From assembly GCA_034722245.1 (NCBI GenBank), contig JAYENT010000013.1:3496-66534 (forward strand): DNA of 63,039 nucleotides, given 5' to 3'. The stretch's first letter is position 1. Each line of letters opens with the position of its first letter. Both the position numbers and the translations under genes were made by a program. This document shows positions 47,462 through 56,405 of this stretch, in pieces. The stretch comes from Chloroflexota bacterium (GTDB lineage: Bacteria > Chloroflexota > Anaerolineae > UBA1429). The notes beneath the pieces were generated by a model. The model saw nothing but the letters and a program-made list of their open reading frames with translations. It was not told the origin of the DNA and did not search any database.

Positions 47462-48490
47462 CTAACTTGCCGATTTTCGGGTCAAGAGGATAAACAAGAG
47501 GAAGATGATCACTGCCGCACCGATGAGCACGGCAAGCTTTAACAGGCGCGAGGGAACCAATAGCGCAATAAGCCCAAGAACTGCAGTGATCGCACAGTAC
47601 CCAAAAACGATCTGCCTCTGTCCGTAGCCCGCGTCCTGCAAACGGAAATGCAAATGTCCTCGATCTCCCCGCCCGATAGATTGACCTCGCTTCCAGCGAG
47701 AATATATCTGCCACATCACATCGAGGATCGGTACCCATAATAGCAGGAGACCTGACGCTACCTTGGCCCCAGCGATGATGGATAGAGTGCCAATAGCATA
47801 GCCCAGCAGGTGGGCTCCGCCACCGAGAAAAATACGAGCCGGGTTAAAGTTGTAGGGAAGGAAACCCACGCAACATCCAAGAAGCGCCAGAGGCAGAAGC
47901 GATACGCTGTACTGCTGTAGGCGAAGCATATGAACAAAAAACACAAGCGCCGAGATCCCCACGACACCGGTTGCTAATCCATCAAGACCATCCAGCATAT
48001 TGACCGTAGCACTCATGCCCACAATCCAAACGAGCGTGATGGGCACCATAAGATACCAGCCCACACGTACTTGACCATCGGTGAAGGGATTGTTGAAGAT
48101 TTCGATAAAGACCTTGAAGTGAATGGCCACCAGAGCAGCAAGCAACAATCCTACAAACTGGGGCCAAAATCCCAGCTCCACACTATCATCGGCTAGCCCC
48201 ATCACCCATACGATCCCCATGCCGATCAATACACCGGTCAAACGTGTAACTTCTAAAGGGTCATTGCGTGGAATACCAAAGAGCAGTGGCAAAACGGAGG
48301 CGATGAGAAAGGCTGGATAGATAAATAGGCCACCAAGACGGACTACCCGTCCCTCGTGCTGTCGGCGCCCGCCTGGGATGTCCACAATATCGAATCGCCT
48401 TCCCCAACGAATAGCAAGCGGTGTAAGAAAAGCGACCAAACCAGCGGATGAGAACAAAACAAGAACGAACAGCAGGGGTGATATGGTCAT
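47462..48490 (-). CDS. wecA: Polyprenyl-phosphate N-acetylhexosamine-1-phosphate transferase (WecA/TagO, MraY family)
   Basis: D.PGGRRQH, RLGG, GLADD, NMLDGLDGLA, GFLPYNFNPARIFLG, DRGHLH. Confidence 0.88.
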   Translation of the reverse strand: MTISPLLFVLVLFSSAGLVAFLTPLAIRWGRRFDIVDIPGGRRQHEGRVVRLGGLFIYPAFLIASVLPLLFGIPRNDPLEVTRLTGVLIGMGIVWVMGLADDSVELGFWPQFVGLLLAALVAIHFKVFIEIFNNPFTDGQVRVGWYLMVPITLVWIVGMSATVNMLDGLDGLATGVVGISALVFFVHMLRLQQYSVSLLPLALLGCCVGFLPYNFNPARIFLGGGAHLLGYAIGTLSIIAGAKVASGLLLLWVPILDVMWQIYSRWKRGQSIGRGDRGHLHFRLQDAGYGQRQIVFGYCAITAVLGLIALLVPSRLLKLAVLIGAAVIIFLLFILLTRKSAS

Positions 48491-48519
48491 GTGACTACCT
48501 TCTGATCAGATGGGCGAAG

Positions 48520-48555
48520 CACAAAGAATGGGATGGCGCGTGCGCCATCCCATTC
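48520..48555 (-). terminator. Intrinsic terminator of the por operon
   Basis: GAATGGGATGGCGC-gt-GCGCCATCCCATTC, 14-bp inverted repeat followed by TTTGT on the minus strand. Confidence 0.72.
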
Positions 48556-48579
48556 GGCCAACCCCAAATAGTATTCCGT

Positions 48580-49521
48580 CTAGTTTACCTCTTCTTCCAG
48601 TAATTGCTCCCACTCCTCATCCACCTTATCTTGGATCTCCTCAAGAATCCACTTGTTGGCCGGTTGGAAGAGGTGACGGAAGCGCCCCTGAGCTCTGAAC
48701 CACTCCTCAACGGGCTTCTTCTCCCGCGGCTTGTAAGTGATATGGAGCTCGCCATTGTCCACCTCATATAGCGGCCAATAGCACGTGTCAGCGGCCAACT
48801 CGGAGATCTCTATGGTTTTCTCGCTGCTGTAGCGCCACCCGCGAGGACAAGGTGAGAGGGCATTCAGGACAGCGGGACCCTTACCACGAACGGCTTTTTT
48901 TACCTTGGTCATCAAGTCCCGGTAGTTGTGAGGCGCTATCTGAGCCACATACCGTATATCGTGGGCGGCCATGATGCGCGTCCACGGTTTACGCCATTGC
49001 AGCTTACCGGGGATCACCTTACCAGCAGGGGACGTCGTCGTATGCGCCCCACGGGGTGTCGCACTGGAGCGCTGGATACCCGTGTTCATATAGGCCTCAT
49101 TATTGAGACAGAGATAGACAAAATCATGACCTCTCTCCAAAGCGCCAGATATGAACTGAAGCCCAATATCGTAACTCGCACCGTCTCCGCCGATGGCCAC
49201 GAACTTGATCTCCTGATCCTCAGGGATTTTACCCGTGCGCTTGAGCGCTTTGTAGGCCGCCTCCACACCACAGATGGTGGTGGACGCATTCTCGAACGCG
49301 CTGTGGATCCAAGGGATCCCCCATGATGTATAGGGATAGACAGAGGTAGAAACCTCCAAGCAGCCCGTTGCTGTGGAAACGACAACCGGGTCATCGATTG
49401 CGTGCAACATCTGACGAATAATCGTTCCCTCGGCGCACCCCGCGCACAGTCGATGACCGGGCGCAAACTTTTCTTCTTCGCCAGCAATATCTCGTAGTCT
49501 TATGCGAATTCTTTCAGCCAT
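48580..49521 (-). CDS. porB: Pyruvate/2-ketoisovalerate:ferredoxin oxidoreductase beta subunit
   Basis: GHRLCAGC, ATGCLEV, GGDG..YDIG (TPP motif), NNEAYMNTGIQRS, SPCPRGW. Confidence 0.94.
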   Translation of the reverse strand: MAERIRIRLRDIAGEEEKFAPGHRLCAGCAEGTIIRQMLHAIDDPVVVSTATGCLEVSTSVYPYTSWGIPWIHSAFENASTTICGVEAAYKALKRTGKIPEDQEIKFVAIGGDGASYDIGLQFISGALERGHDFVYLCLNNEAYMNTGIQRSSATPRGAHTTTSPAGKVIPGKLQWRKPWTRIMAAHDIRYVAQIAPHNYRDLMTKVKKAVRGKGPAVLNALSPCPRGWRYSSEKTIEISELAADTCYWPLYEVDNGELHITYKPREKKPVEEWFRAQGRFRHLFQPANKWILEEIQDKVDEEWEQLLEEEVN

Positions 49522-49596
49522 TACACTTTCTCCTTGCTTGCTCTATGTTTTTGCCGAATCGACTCACTCAACAAAGGAGCAGTCAGCGAGCCGATC

Positions 49597-50793
49597 TTAT
49601 TCTCGCAAACCCAAGTACCGTACGATATCTCCGCGGTTGCCTTCTGCAGCCATAGCCTGCAGATCATCATATACAGATTCTATCATCGGCGGCGTGGTAT
49701 CGCGTCCACCGAGCCCATAGATATAGTTCACGATGTTGAGATCTGGGACGCCCTCATTGAAAAGCGCAGAAGTGATGTCTTCGAACAAGGGTCCCATACC
49801 ACGAAATGTGCCAAAAGATATAGAGCGGTCAAGCACAGCCACGGCCCTGCAATCCCTAATAGCCTCTACAATGTACTCTGCGGGGAACGGCCGGTAGACG
49901 CGAGGCTTTAGAATGCCTACTTTCATTCCTTTTTCACGGAGATCCCGGGCAACCGTGCGTGCTGTGCCCGCTGTAGAACTCAGAACAATGATGGCGTAAT
50001 CCGCATCATCCATGCCGTAGGTATCGATGATGGGCTGAGGACGTCCGGAGAGTTCTGCATACTCCTCACTGACACTCTCAATTATCTCCATGGCGGTGTT
50101 CAATGCTTCTGTCTGCTGGCGCTTGTGCTCAAAGTAATAATCGGTGAAATCCCACGCGCCCATCGTCTTTGGGTGGTCCACGTCAAGCAGGTATACGTCG
50201 GGATCGTAGCTGCCGACGAACTCTCTCACCGCCTCATCCGGAAGGATGCCCACCCTCTCCACGCCGTGGCCGGTGATGAACCCATCCTGGCAACTCATCG
50301 TGGGAACACGCAGGTCATCGTGCTCGGCGATGCGCATCGCCTTGATCGTGTTATCATAGGCCTCCTGGCCTGACTCGGCATACATTTGGATCCAGCCGGC
50401 TTCTCGGGCGCCCATGCTATCCGAGTGGTCACAATGTATATTCAATGGACTGGATAGAGCACGGTTAACGATTGACAAAACAATCGGCAGCCGCATTCCT
50501 GATGCAATGTAGAGCATCTCCCACATCAACGCCAAACCGTTAGCCGCCGTGGCAGTCATGACGCGAGCTCCTCCAGCTGAAGCGCCAATGCAGGCGCTCA
50601 TGGCCGCGTGTTCGCTCTCCACGGGGATAAATTCGGTGTGTACGAGGCCGTCAGCTACGTATTCGGAGAAATACTGCACCACCTCCGTCTGAGGCGTAAT
50701 CGGATAGGCGGCGACCACATCTGGATCTATTTGGCGCATTGCCTGGGAGACCGATTCGGCGCCATCCAGAGGCATATATGTGCTTTCTACCAT
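49597..50793 (-). CDS. porA: Pyruvate:ferredoxin oxidoreductase alpha subunit
   Basis: AAYPITPQT, VESEH.AMSA, NRALS.PLNIH.DH, DGFITGH, YRPFP, YGLGGRD. Confidence 0.95.
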   Translation of the reverse strand: MVESTYMPLDGAESVSQAMRQIDPDVVAAYPITPQTEVVQYFSEYVADGLVHTEFIPVESEHAAMSACIGASAGGARVMTATAANGLALMWEMLYIASGMRLPIVLSIVNRALSSPLNIHCDHSDSMGAREAGWIQMYAESGQEAYDNTIKAMRIAEHDDLRVPTMSCQDGFITGHGVERVGILPDEAVREFVGSYDPDVYLLDVDHPKTMGAWDFTDYYFEHKRQQTEALNTAMEIIESVSEEYAELSGRPQPIIDTYGMDDADYAIIVLSSTAGTARTVARDLREKGMKVGILKPRVYRPFPAEYIVEAIRDCRAVAVLDRSISFGTFRGMGPLFEDITSALFNEGVPDLNIVNYIYGLGGRDTTPPMIESVYDDLQAMAAEGNRGDIVRYLGLRE

Positions 50794-50828
50794 GTTATTT
50801 CCCTCCCAAAAGGTATCCGGTTCGATTC

Positions 50829-51179
50829 CTATTCAAAGTCCGACTCTGGAACCATGTGAATAACAGTGCCACTCTGTTCACCAGTAACGGAATGAGGTTC
50901 CTTGATATTTACGGGGCACACCTCGGAACAGATACCACACCCCTTGCAGTGATCATAATCTATGCCCACCATCTTTCCCTCCTCCACCAAAATGGCAGAG
51001 TCAGGACACATGATCCAACAGATCATACAGTGAACACACTGTCCCGCATCCCATACAGGCCGCAGGGTACGCCAAGACCCCGTATTATACGTTACGGAGT
51101 TTCCACTGTCGAAGACAACTCCGCCTTCATTGGCTTCCTTCCACGGAAGGTCGAGACGAGGAGCCGTTTGCTTTGTCAT
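50829..51179 (-). CDS. porD: Pyruvate:ferredoxin oxidoreductase delta subunit (2x[4Fe-4S])
   Basis: TGSWRT.RP, CVHCMICW..CPD, CKGCGIC...CP. Confidence 0.94.
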   Translation of the reverse strand: MTKQTAPRLDLPWKEANEGGVVFDSGNSVTYNTGSWRTLRPVWDAGQCVHCMICWIMCPDSAILVEEGKMVGIDYDHCKGCGICSEVCPVNIKEPHSVTGEQSGTVIHMVPESDFE

Positions 51180-51282
51180 CAGTAACCTCCTAAAAGTAAT
51201 AGGTTTCTAGCATATGGCTGGATCAGCTTCAGATCACCGTCTATGCGATCACTCTTTCTCAAAAAGGGACCAGTAGTTCCCA

Positions 51283-51855
51283 TTAACCCTGCGTGCACTC
51301 GTTGTAGGCACGCTGCAGGGCACGTACGTTGGCCTCAACGACCTCTGCGCGCAATCTCTCGCCCAACGTCTCCTCTACTGTTTCAGTGACATTGTCGAGT
51401 TCCAGCGCGCCGGTAGCTTTGGCAAACACGGCGATCATCATGGTACTGGGGATATCCCGCTTGATCTCTTCCATCGCGATGCCCGAAGCATCAACGCACC
51501 ATACGTCCCCAGCTTCGAAGTCCAAGGCTTCGCGAATCTCTGCAGGCGTTCGCTTCGCGTTCATGATTAACGTCCCGCCTTCCTTGATCCCCTCAGTTAG
51601 ATCCACCGCACCAATGAGGTTGGAGTTCACTACAATGACGACATCGGGTTCCAAGATGGGCGAATGAACTTCTATGGGGTCATCGCTGATACGCGTATAG
51701 GCCTTGATGGGGGCGCCCATACGTTCAGCCCCGTATTCAGGGAAAGCCTGAAAGTACTTGCCCGTATTCATCGCTGCCTCGCCTAATACTTCACCCGCCG
51801 TTACCACGCCCTGACCGCCGCGCCCATGCCAGCGGATTTCGATCATCTCGCTCAT
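51283..51855 (-). CDS. porC: Pyruvate:ferredoxin oxidoreductase gamma subunit
   Basis: EIRWHGRGGQGVVT, QAFPEYGAERMGAP. Confidence 0.94.
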   Translation of the reverse strand: MSEMIEIRWHGRGGQGVVTAGEVLGEAAMNTGKYFQAFPEYGAERMGAPIKAYTRISDDPIEVHSPILEPDVVIVVNSNLIGAVDLTEGIKEGGTLIMNAKRTPAEIREALDFEAGDVWCVDASGIAMEEIKRDIPSTMMIAVFAKATGALELDNVTETVEETLGERLRAEVVEANVRALQRAYNECTQG

Positions 51856-51962
51856 TCTAATACCTCCCTCTTGTTTTACAGAAATGACCCGTTACGTTGT
51901 CTGTTCAGAGATGCCACGTAAAAGATAAGGCATCTCAAACCGCCTTCTGGAATGTCACCTGA

Positions 51963-52475
51963 CTAGAAAGTGATGATAGAAAAGATATCATACGCCTCTA
52001 GCTTTTCTCGCCCTTTTAGAGAAGCAAGCTCTATCAAGAACGCTATCCCCGCGACTTTGCCCCCCAGTTTCTCTATCAGATCGACCGCTGCCCTCGCAGA
52101 ACCGCCCGTAGCCAAAAGATCATCAACTAACAATACACGCTCTCCGGGCGCTATGGCATCTGCGTGCATCTCCAGCGTGTTCGTGCCATACTCAAGGCTG
52201 TATTCCACACTGATTGCTTCTCTGGGGAGTTTCTCCGACTTACGAATAGGGACAAAGCCAGATTTTAACTGATAAGCGACAGGCGCGCCAAATATGAAAC
52301 CACGCGATTCAATAGCCACAACTTGATCGATCTTCTTCTCTCGAAACTCTTCCACCATCAGGTCCACAGCTTCCCGAAAAGCATCAGGATCAGAAAGCAG
52401 GGGGGTGATATCCCTGAAAAGGACCCCCTCAATGGGAAAATCAGGAACGTCAGCGATGAACTCTGTAAGATCCAT
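51963..52475 (-). CDS. apt: Adenine phosphoribosyltransferase
   Basis: VPDFP.EG..FRDIT, ESRGF, YSLEYG, LLVDDLLATGG. Confidence 0.96.
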   Translation of the reverse strand: MDLTEFIADVPDFPIEGVLFRDITPLLSDPDAFREAVDLMVEEFREKKIDQVVAIESRGFIFGAPVAYQLKSGFVPIRKSEKLPREAISVEYSLEYGTNTLEMHADAIAPGERVLLVDDLLATGGSARAAVDLIEKLGGKVAGIAFLIELASLKGREKLEAYDIFSIITF

Positions 52476-52676
52476 ATTTACGTATTATCTCCTTGACCGT
52501 ACCACAACACCACCAACAGTCCCATTTTAGCACCTGTTGTTTTTCATTGTCAAAGATGAAAAAGTGTTCTTTTTTTGCTTGTCCTCCACCATTGGACGCG
52601 CTTCTTGGGGCAGCTAATGATGGCACTCGGTCTTGGGCATTCGCGTCTTTTTTTGCCCATCTCCCAAAGTCTTGTT

Positions 52677-54413
52677 TTATTCCGTATCCGCCAGGACGCC
52701 GTCGTCTTTGGAAACCGTTCCTTCTCTCTTGACCCCACGCAGATCGTCATAGACACTGAACCACTCTGCTAATTCTGCCTGGCGTCTCTGGGTCTCCTTT
52801 TGGCGCTGTGCCGCGCGAAAAGCCTCAATATGCCGAAATATCTCGTTCTGCACGTCATGAGGATTCGGAACATTGTCGAATGTGAAGCTCCCCGCGCCGG
52901 CGGTCTGTATGATAACACTTCCATAATTGAACGCCGACGCGATCAGGTTGGGAATCTCCAAATTGACGTTCTGGATCATTCCCAGACTCGCCTCTCGCCG
53001 CTCCTCCGACATGAAAAGAGGCCGCTTCTCAATGTCTATGATCCTGTCCTCCGTAACGATATAGAGATCGTTGCCCCAATCGTTGATATTCCACCATAGC
53101 AGCCCCAGCAGAAATACGACGACGGGAATAAGCACAAGAGGGTAGTACGGCTGAAGCCTCATCACCAGAGACCCTGGGATTCCCAAGAAACCCAGGAGCA
53201 TTGCCACACTCACGACAAAACACATAAAAAGCGGCAAAACAGTTTCCTTTACGAGGAATATCCAGTGTTTTCTCCACGTGGTAGATTCTTCCGTTTGTAT
53301 TCGCGTGCGTGGAATCAGGCCCTGCTCTGCAATCCACGTAAGGAGGCGGGTGACAGATCCGGGGCGAACTTGTGTCGATGTAAGCCCGCTGGCATAGCTG
53401 GCCGAAACGATGTCCTCCAAGTTCCTCGTTTCAGTCGCAGTCGCAGCGGCCTCTAAACCCAGATGGCGCGCCAGCGTATCACGTACGGCCTGCCGCTGTT
53501 CAGCATGCCGCGTAGCCTGGACGCGCGCCATCTGTTCCCAAATGGCGTCCCTTGCTTCCTCAGGATGAGGGATCTGATCAAACCCTATGGCGCCAACCTC
53601 GGCGGCTGTCTCGATGATCAAGTCACCATAGCCCAGCATCTGGCCCATAAAACCACGCAAAATCTGAAAATCCTGGATTCGCGCTAGGGGAGCGTCAGAT
53701 CTTGACTCATACAGAAAGGCGACCCGTTCTCGGTGAACGACTCGTTGGGTGGAGGCGGCAAAGTAATCGTTGCGCCAGTCAATCCAATACCAGAGGAAAC
53801 TCAACGCATAAAAGCTGAATAAAAGACCAAAAGGGATGAAGAGGTTCCGAACGTCCCCTAGCCACGTTTTTAGCCATAACAGAGCCGAAAAGCAGAGAAG
53901 CGAGATGAGGGTAAGGGGAGCCACAGAGCGAGCCAGCACCGACCAATGTCTTCGGGTGTGATATATAACGACCTCACCAGGGCCCAACCACGCAAAACGA
54001 GGGGCTCGCAATCTCTCCCTGACATCCGGCCTAATCGTCAACTTCCGACGCACCTCATCGTGCTCCGCCAGCAGCCTCTGAAAACCGGGCCGCGTCAGCA
54101 TCCATAGACGCATCTCTGTCTTGGCAGTGACAGTGGCATCTCGAGGTTCGCCCAGAAAGAGGGAGGTGGTACCAAAATAATCGCCATGCCGTATCATATC
54201 CACAGGACGACGGAGACCATTTTCGTCCACGCGGTGAACGATAGCCTCTCCTCGGCGAATGAGGAAAAAGGTGTTTCCCAGATCCGCCTGGCGCGTCAGG
54301 ACGGTTCCAGCTGGTACTATACGCTCCTCCCCTTGGGCAGCGATCAACTGTAAATGGTAGGCGGAGAGTTGCTGAAAGAGCGGTACCCTGCCGAGTTCAT
54401 CTACTAGGCTCAT
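52677..54413 (-). CDS. Membrane protein with an N-terminal cyclic-nucleotide-binding domain and two TM-hairpin + bacterial PH (bPH_2)-like modules
   Basis: VPLFQQL..G.YFG..SL..PRDATV.A (cNMP fold), then two repeats RRHW/RKHW-TM-TM-W.ND...T..R.. L..IQ ...YG...I.TA. Confidence 0.8.
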   Translation of the reverse strand: MSLVDELGRVPLFQQLSAYHLQLIAAQGEERIVPAGTVLTRQADLGNTFFLIRRGEAIVHRVDENGLRRPVDMIRHGDYFGTTSLFLGEPRDATVTAKTEMRLWMLTRPGFQRLLAEHDEVRRKLTIRPDVRERLRAPRFAWLGPGEVVIYHTRRHWSVLARSVAPLTLISLLCFSALLWLKTWLGDVRNLFIPFGLLFSFYALSFLWYWIDWRNDYFAASTQRVVHRERVAFLYESRSDAPLARIQDFQILRGFMGQMLGYGDLIIETAAEVGAIGFDQIPHPEEARDAIWEQMARVQATRHAEQRQAVRDTLARHLGLEAAATATETRNLEDIVSASYASGLTSTQVRPGSVTRLLTWIAEQGLIPRTRIQTEESTTWRKHWIFLVKETVLPLFMCFVVSVAMLLGFLGIPGSLVMRLQPYYPLVLIPVVVFLLGLLWWNINDWGNDLYIVTEDRIIDIEKRPLFMSEERREASLGMIQNVNLEIPNLIASAFNYGSVIIQTAGAGSFTFDNVPNPHDVQNEIFRHIEAFRAAQRQKETQRRQAELAEWFSVYDDLRGVKREGTVSKDDGVLADTE

Positions 54414-54445
54414 GATATAATTCTCTGTCTCCACCAACCATAACT

Positions 54446-54478
54446 ATTCTAACAGATTGTGGACAGATCTACAATCTG
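54446..54478 (-). promoter_or_regulatory. Promoter of the cNMP gene overlapped by an 11-bp-arm palindrome
   Basis: Minus strand TTGTAG-N17-TAGAAT. CAGATTGTGGA-caga-TCTACAATCTG at 54453-54478 (1 mismatch). Confidence 0.5.
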
Positions 54479-54565
54479 GTGTTTGGTCACCCAGTGCTAC
54501 CCTCCAGCAAGTTTGCAAGGATCTTTGATGAGAGAAAACGTTCCCGAATTGAGGTGTCAATTGGT

Positions 54566-54594
54566 TTGTGAGTGGGGGGCAGGTATGGTAGAAT
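54566..54594 (+). promoter_or_regulatory. sigma70 promoter with extended -10 for the LuxR-Kelch operon
   Basis: TTGTGA-N17-TAGAAT with TG one base upstream of the -10. Confidence 0.55.
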
Positions 54595-54620
54595 GCTCTG
54601 GTGATGGGCAGGGAGAGACC

Positions 54621-55955
54621 ATGAGCACCGAATCGCCAGACGAACTGAGTTCCAGGGAGAAGGAGATACTAGAGCTGGTGGCCACGGGGGCGACCAACCG
54701 ACAGATCGCCGCCAAGTTGACCATCAGTATCAACACGGTCAAGACGCACCTTCGCAACATCTTTACCAAGCTTTGCGTCGAGTCCCGAACGGAGGCGGCG
54801 CTTTGGGCTGTAAAGTACGGCGTAATCGAGATGGAGTTGGAGGGCGTTGCCTCGGTGGACGAAGATAATACATCACAGAAGGTGGATTGGGGCCCAGAGC
54901 CTCCGAGTGCTCTGGGCGTTGGCCAGTATCTGGCCCTAGGGGTTTCCCTTCTGTTTATCCTTCTTGTTACCTTTTGGCCAAAGAGCGTCCAGGGAACGCG
55001 CGGCAGCGTTCTTGAGGATTCTGCCCAGTCGACAGAGCAGACTGAGCCTGTGAGGTATCTTGCCCGGTGGCGGACAAAGGCCCCGTTGCCCACGCCCCGA
55101 AGCCGATTTGCCCAGGCGCAAATAGGGAGCAAGGTTTTTGTCATTGGTGGATCATCGGCGAACGAACGGCGAAGCGCTTCAGTTGAAGTATATGATGTGG
55201 CGCAAGATAGTTGGGGGCGAGGGCGTGATAAACCCTCGCCAGTGGCCAATGTGGGGGCGGCTGTTGTGGAGGGGCTGATATATGTCCCAGGAGGACTGGA
55301 CGCCTCGAACAGGGTGCGCGATATACTTGAGGTCTATAATCCGCAGACCGACACCTGGGATACAGCGACCCCTCTGCCAATACCTCTCTGTGCCTATGCC
55401 ATCGCCCCTTTCAAAGAGGGCTTCTACGTTTTTGGTGGCTGGGATGGGGAAACGTATCGTTCTTCCGTATATTACTATGAAGTGTCTTCCGGGGCCTGGG
55501 AGGAGGCGGTTCCGATGAAAACAGCAAAGGGGTTTTCCGCAGCCGCCCTGGTTGGAGATCGCATCTACCTGGTAGGAGGCTACGACGGTTCTCGAGAGGT
55601 CAGCTCGTGCAGTTCCTATGATCCCGTCCTCGCCGCGCAGGGCGAGGACCCATGGGAAGAACATGCCCCCATGAGCGTGAGGCGGGCAGGACATGCGGTG
55701 ACGGTATTTCAGGGAAACTTGTACGTTGTAGGTGGGGGATTGGTAAGCAGCTTTGCCTATAATGAACGATACGACGTGGAAAACAATGTATGGTCCAATT
55801 TTGAGAGTCCCGTTCTTGGCCGATGGCGAACGTTGGGGCTCTCGACTGCTAATACAAAAGATGGTACCTATCTGTATGCTGTTGGGGGGTGGAATGGGAA
55901 TTACCTTGGGATTGTGGAAGCCTATCAGGCGTCTTTCCGAGTGTATCTGCCATAG
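54621..55955 (+). CDS. LuxR-family HTH / single TM / Kelch beta-propeller protein
   Basis: LSSREKEILELVATGATNRQIA.KL.ISINTVK.H..NIF.KL (LuxR HTH), one hydrophobic helix, about 6 Kelch repeats (VFVIGG..VEVYD...W). Confidence 0.85.
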   Translation: MSTESPDELSSREKEILELVATGATNRQIAAKLTISINTVKTHLRNIFTKLCVESRTEAALWAVKYGVIEMELEGVASVDEDNTSQKVDWGPEPPSALGVGQYLALGVSLLFILLVTFWPKSVQGTRGSVLEDSAQSTEQTEPVRYLARWRTKAPLPTPRSRFAQAQIGSKVFVIGGSSANERRSASVEVYDVAQDSWGRGRDKPSPVANVGAAVVEGLIYVPGGLDASNRVRDILEVYNPQTDTWDTATPLPIPLCAYAIAPFKEGFYVFGGWDGETYRSSVYYYEVSSGAWEEAVPMKTAKGFSAAALVGDRIYLVGGYDGSREVSSCSSYDPVLAAQGEDPWEEHAPMSVRRAGHAVTVFQGNLYVVGGGLVSSFAYNERYDVENNVWSNFESPVLGRWRTLGLSTANTKDGTYLYAVGGWNGNYLGIVEAYQASFRVYLP

Positions 55956-55970
55956 GGAGAGCAAAACGTA

Positions 55971-56405
55971 ATGTCCGAGGACAATGCTTACAAGGCCGAT
56001 GTAACTATGGTAGAGGGGTTACAGTTTGTGGCGCGGGGGGCACAGTCAGGAGTTGCCATAGTCTTGGATGGCGAGGAGGAGCACGGAGGGCTGGAGAGAG
56101 GGATACGTCCTATGGAATGTCTGCTCATCAGCCTGGCCAGTTGTACCGGCATGGACGTCATCTCCATTCTACGGAAGAAGCGCCAGGAGGTAACGGACTT
56201 TTGCGTAAAGGTCGAAGGGATCCGCGCCGACGAGCATCCGAAGCGCTATGAACGGATAACCTTGCACTATATCGTTCGGGGCCACAATGTGTCCGAAAAG
56301 GCCGTTGCCCGTTCCATCGAACTATCGCAGACAAAGTATTGTGGCGTGACGGCCAGTCTCAACAGTGAAATCGATTACGACTATACGATACACCCAGAGC
56401 ATTGA
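55971..56405 (+). CDS. OsmC/Ohr family protein (YhfA-like)
   Basis: G.RPME.LL.SLASCTGMDV, HPKRY..I, AV.RSIELS..KYCGV. Both conserved Cys present. Confidence 0.9.
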   Translation: MSEDNAYKADVTMVEGLQFVARGAQSGVAIVLDGEEEHGGLERGIRPMECLLISLASCTGMDVISILRKKRQEVTDFCVKVEGIRADEHPKRYERITLHYIVRGHNVSEKAVARSIELSQTKYCGVTASLNSEIDYDYTIHPEH

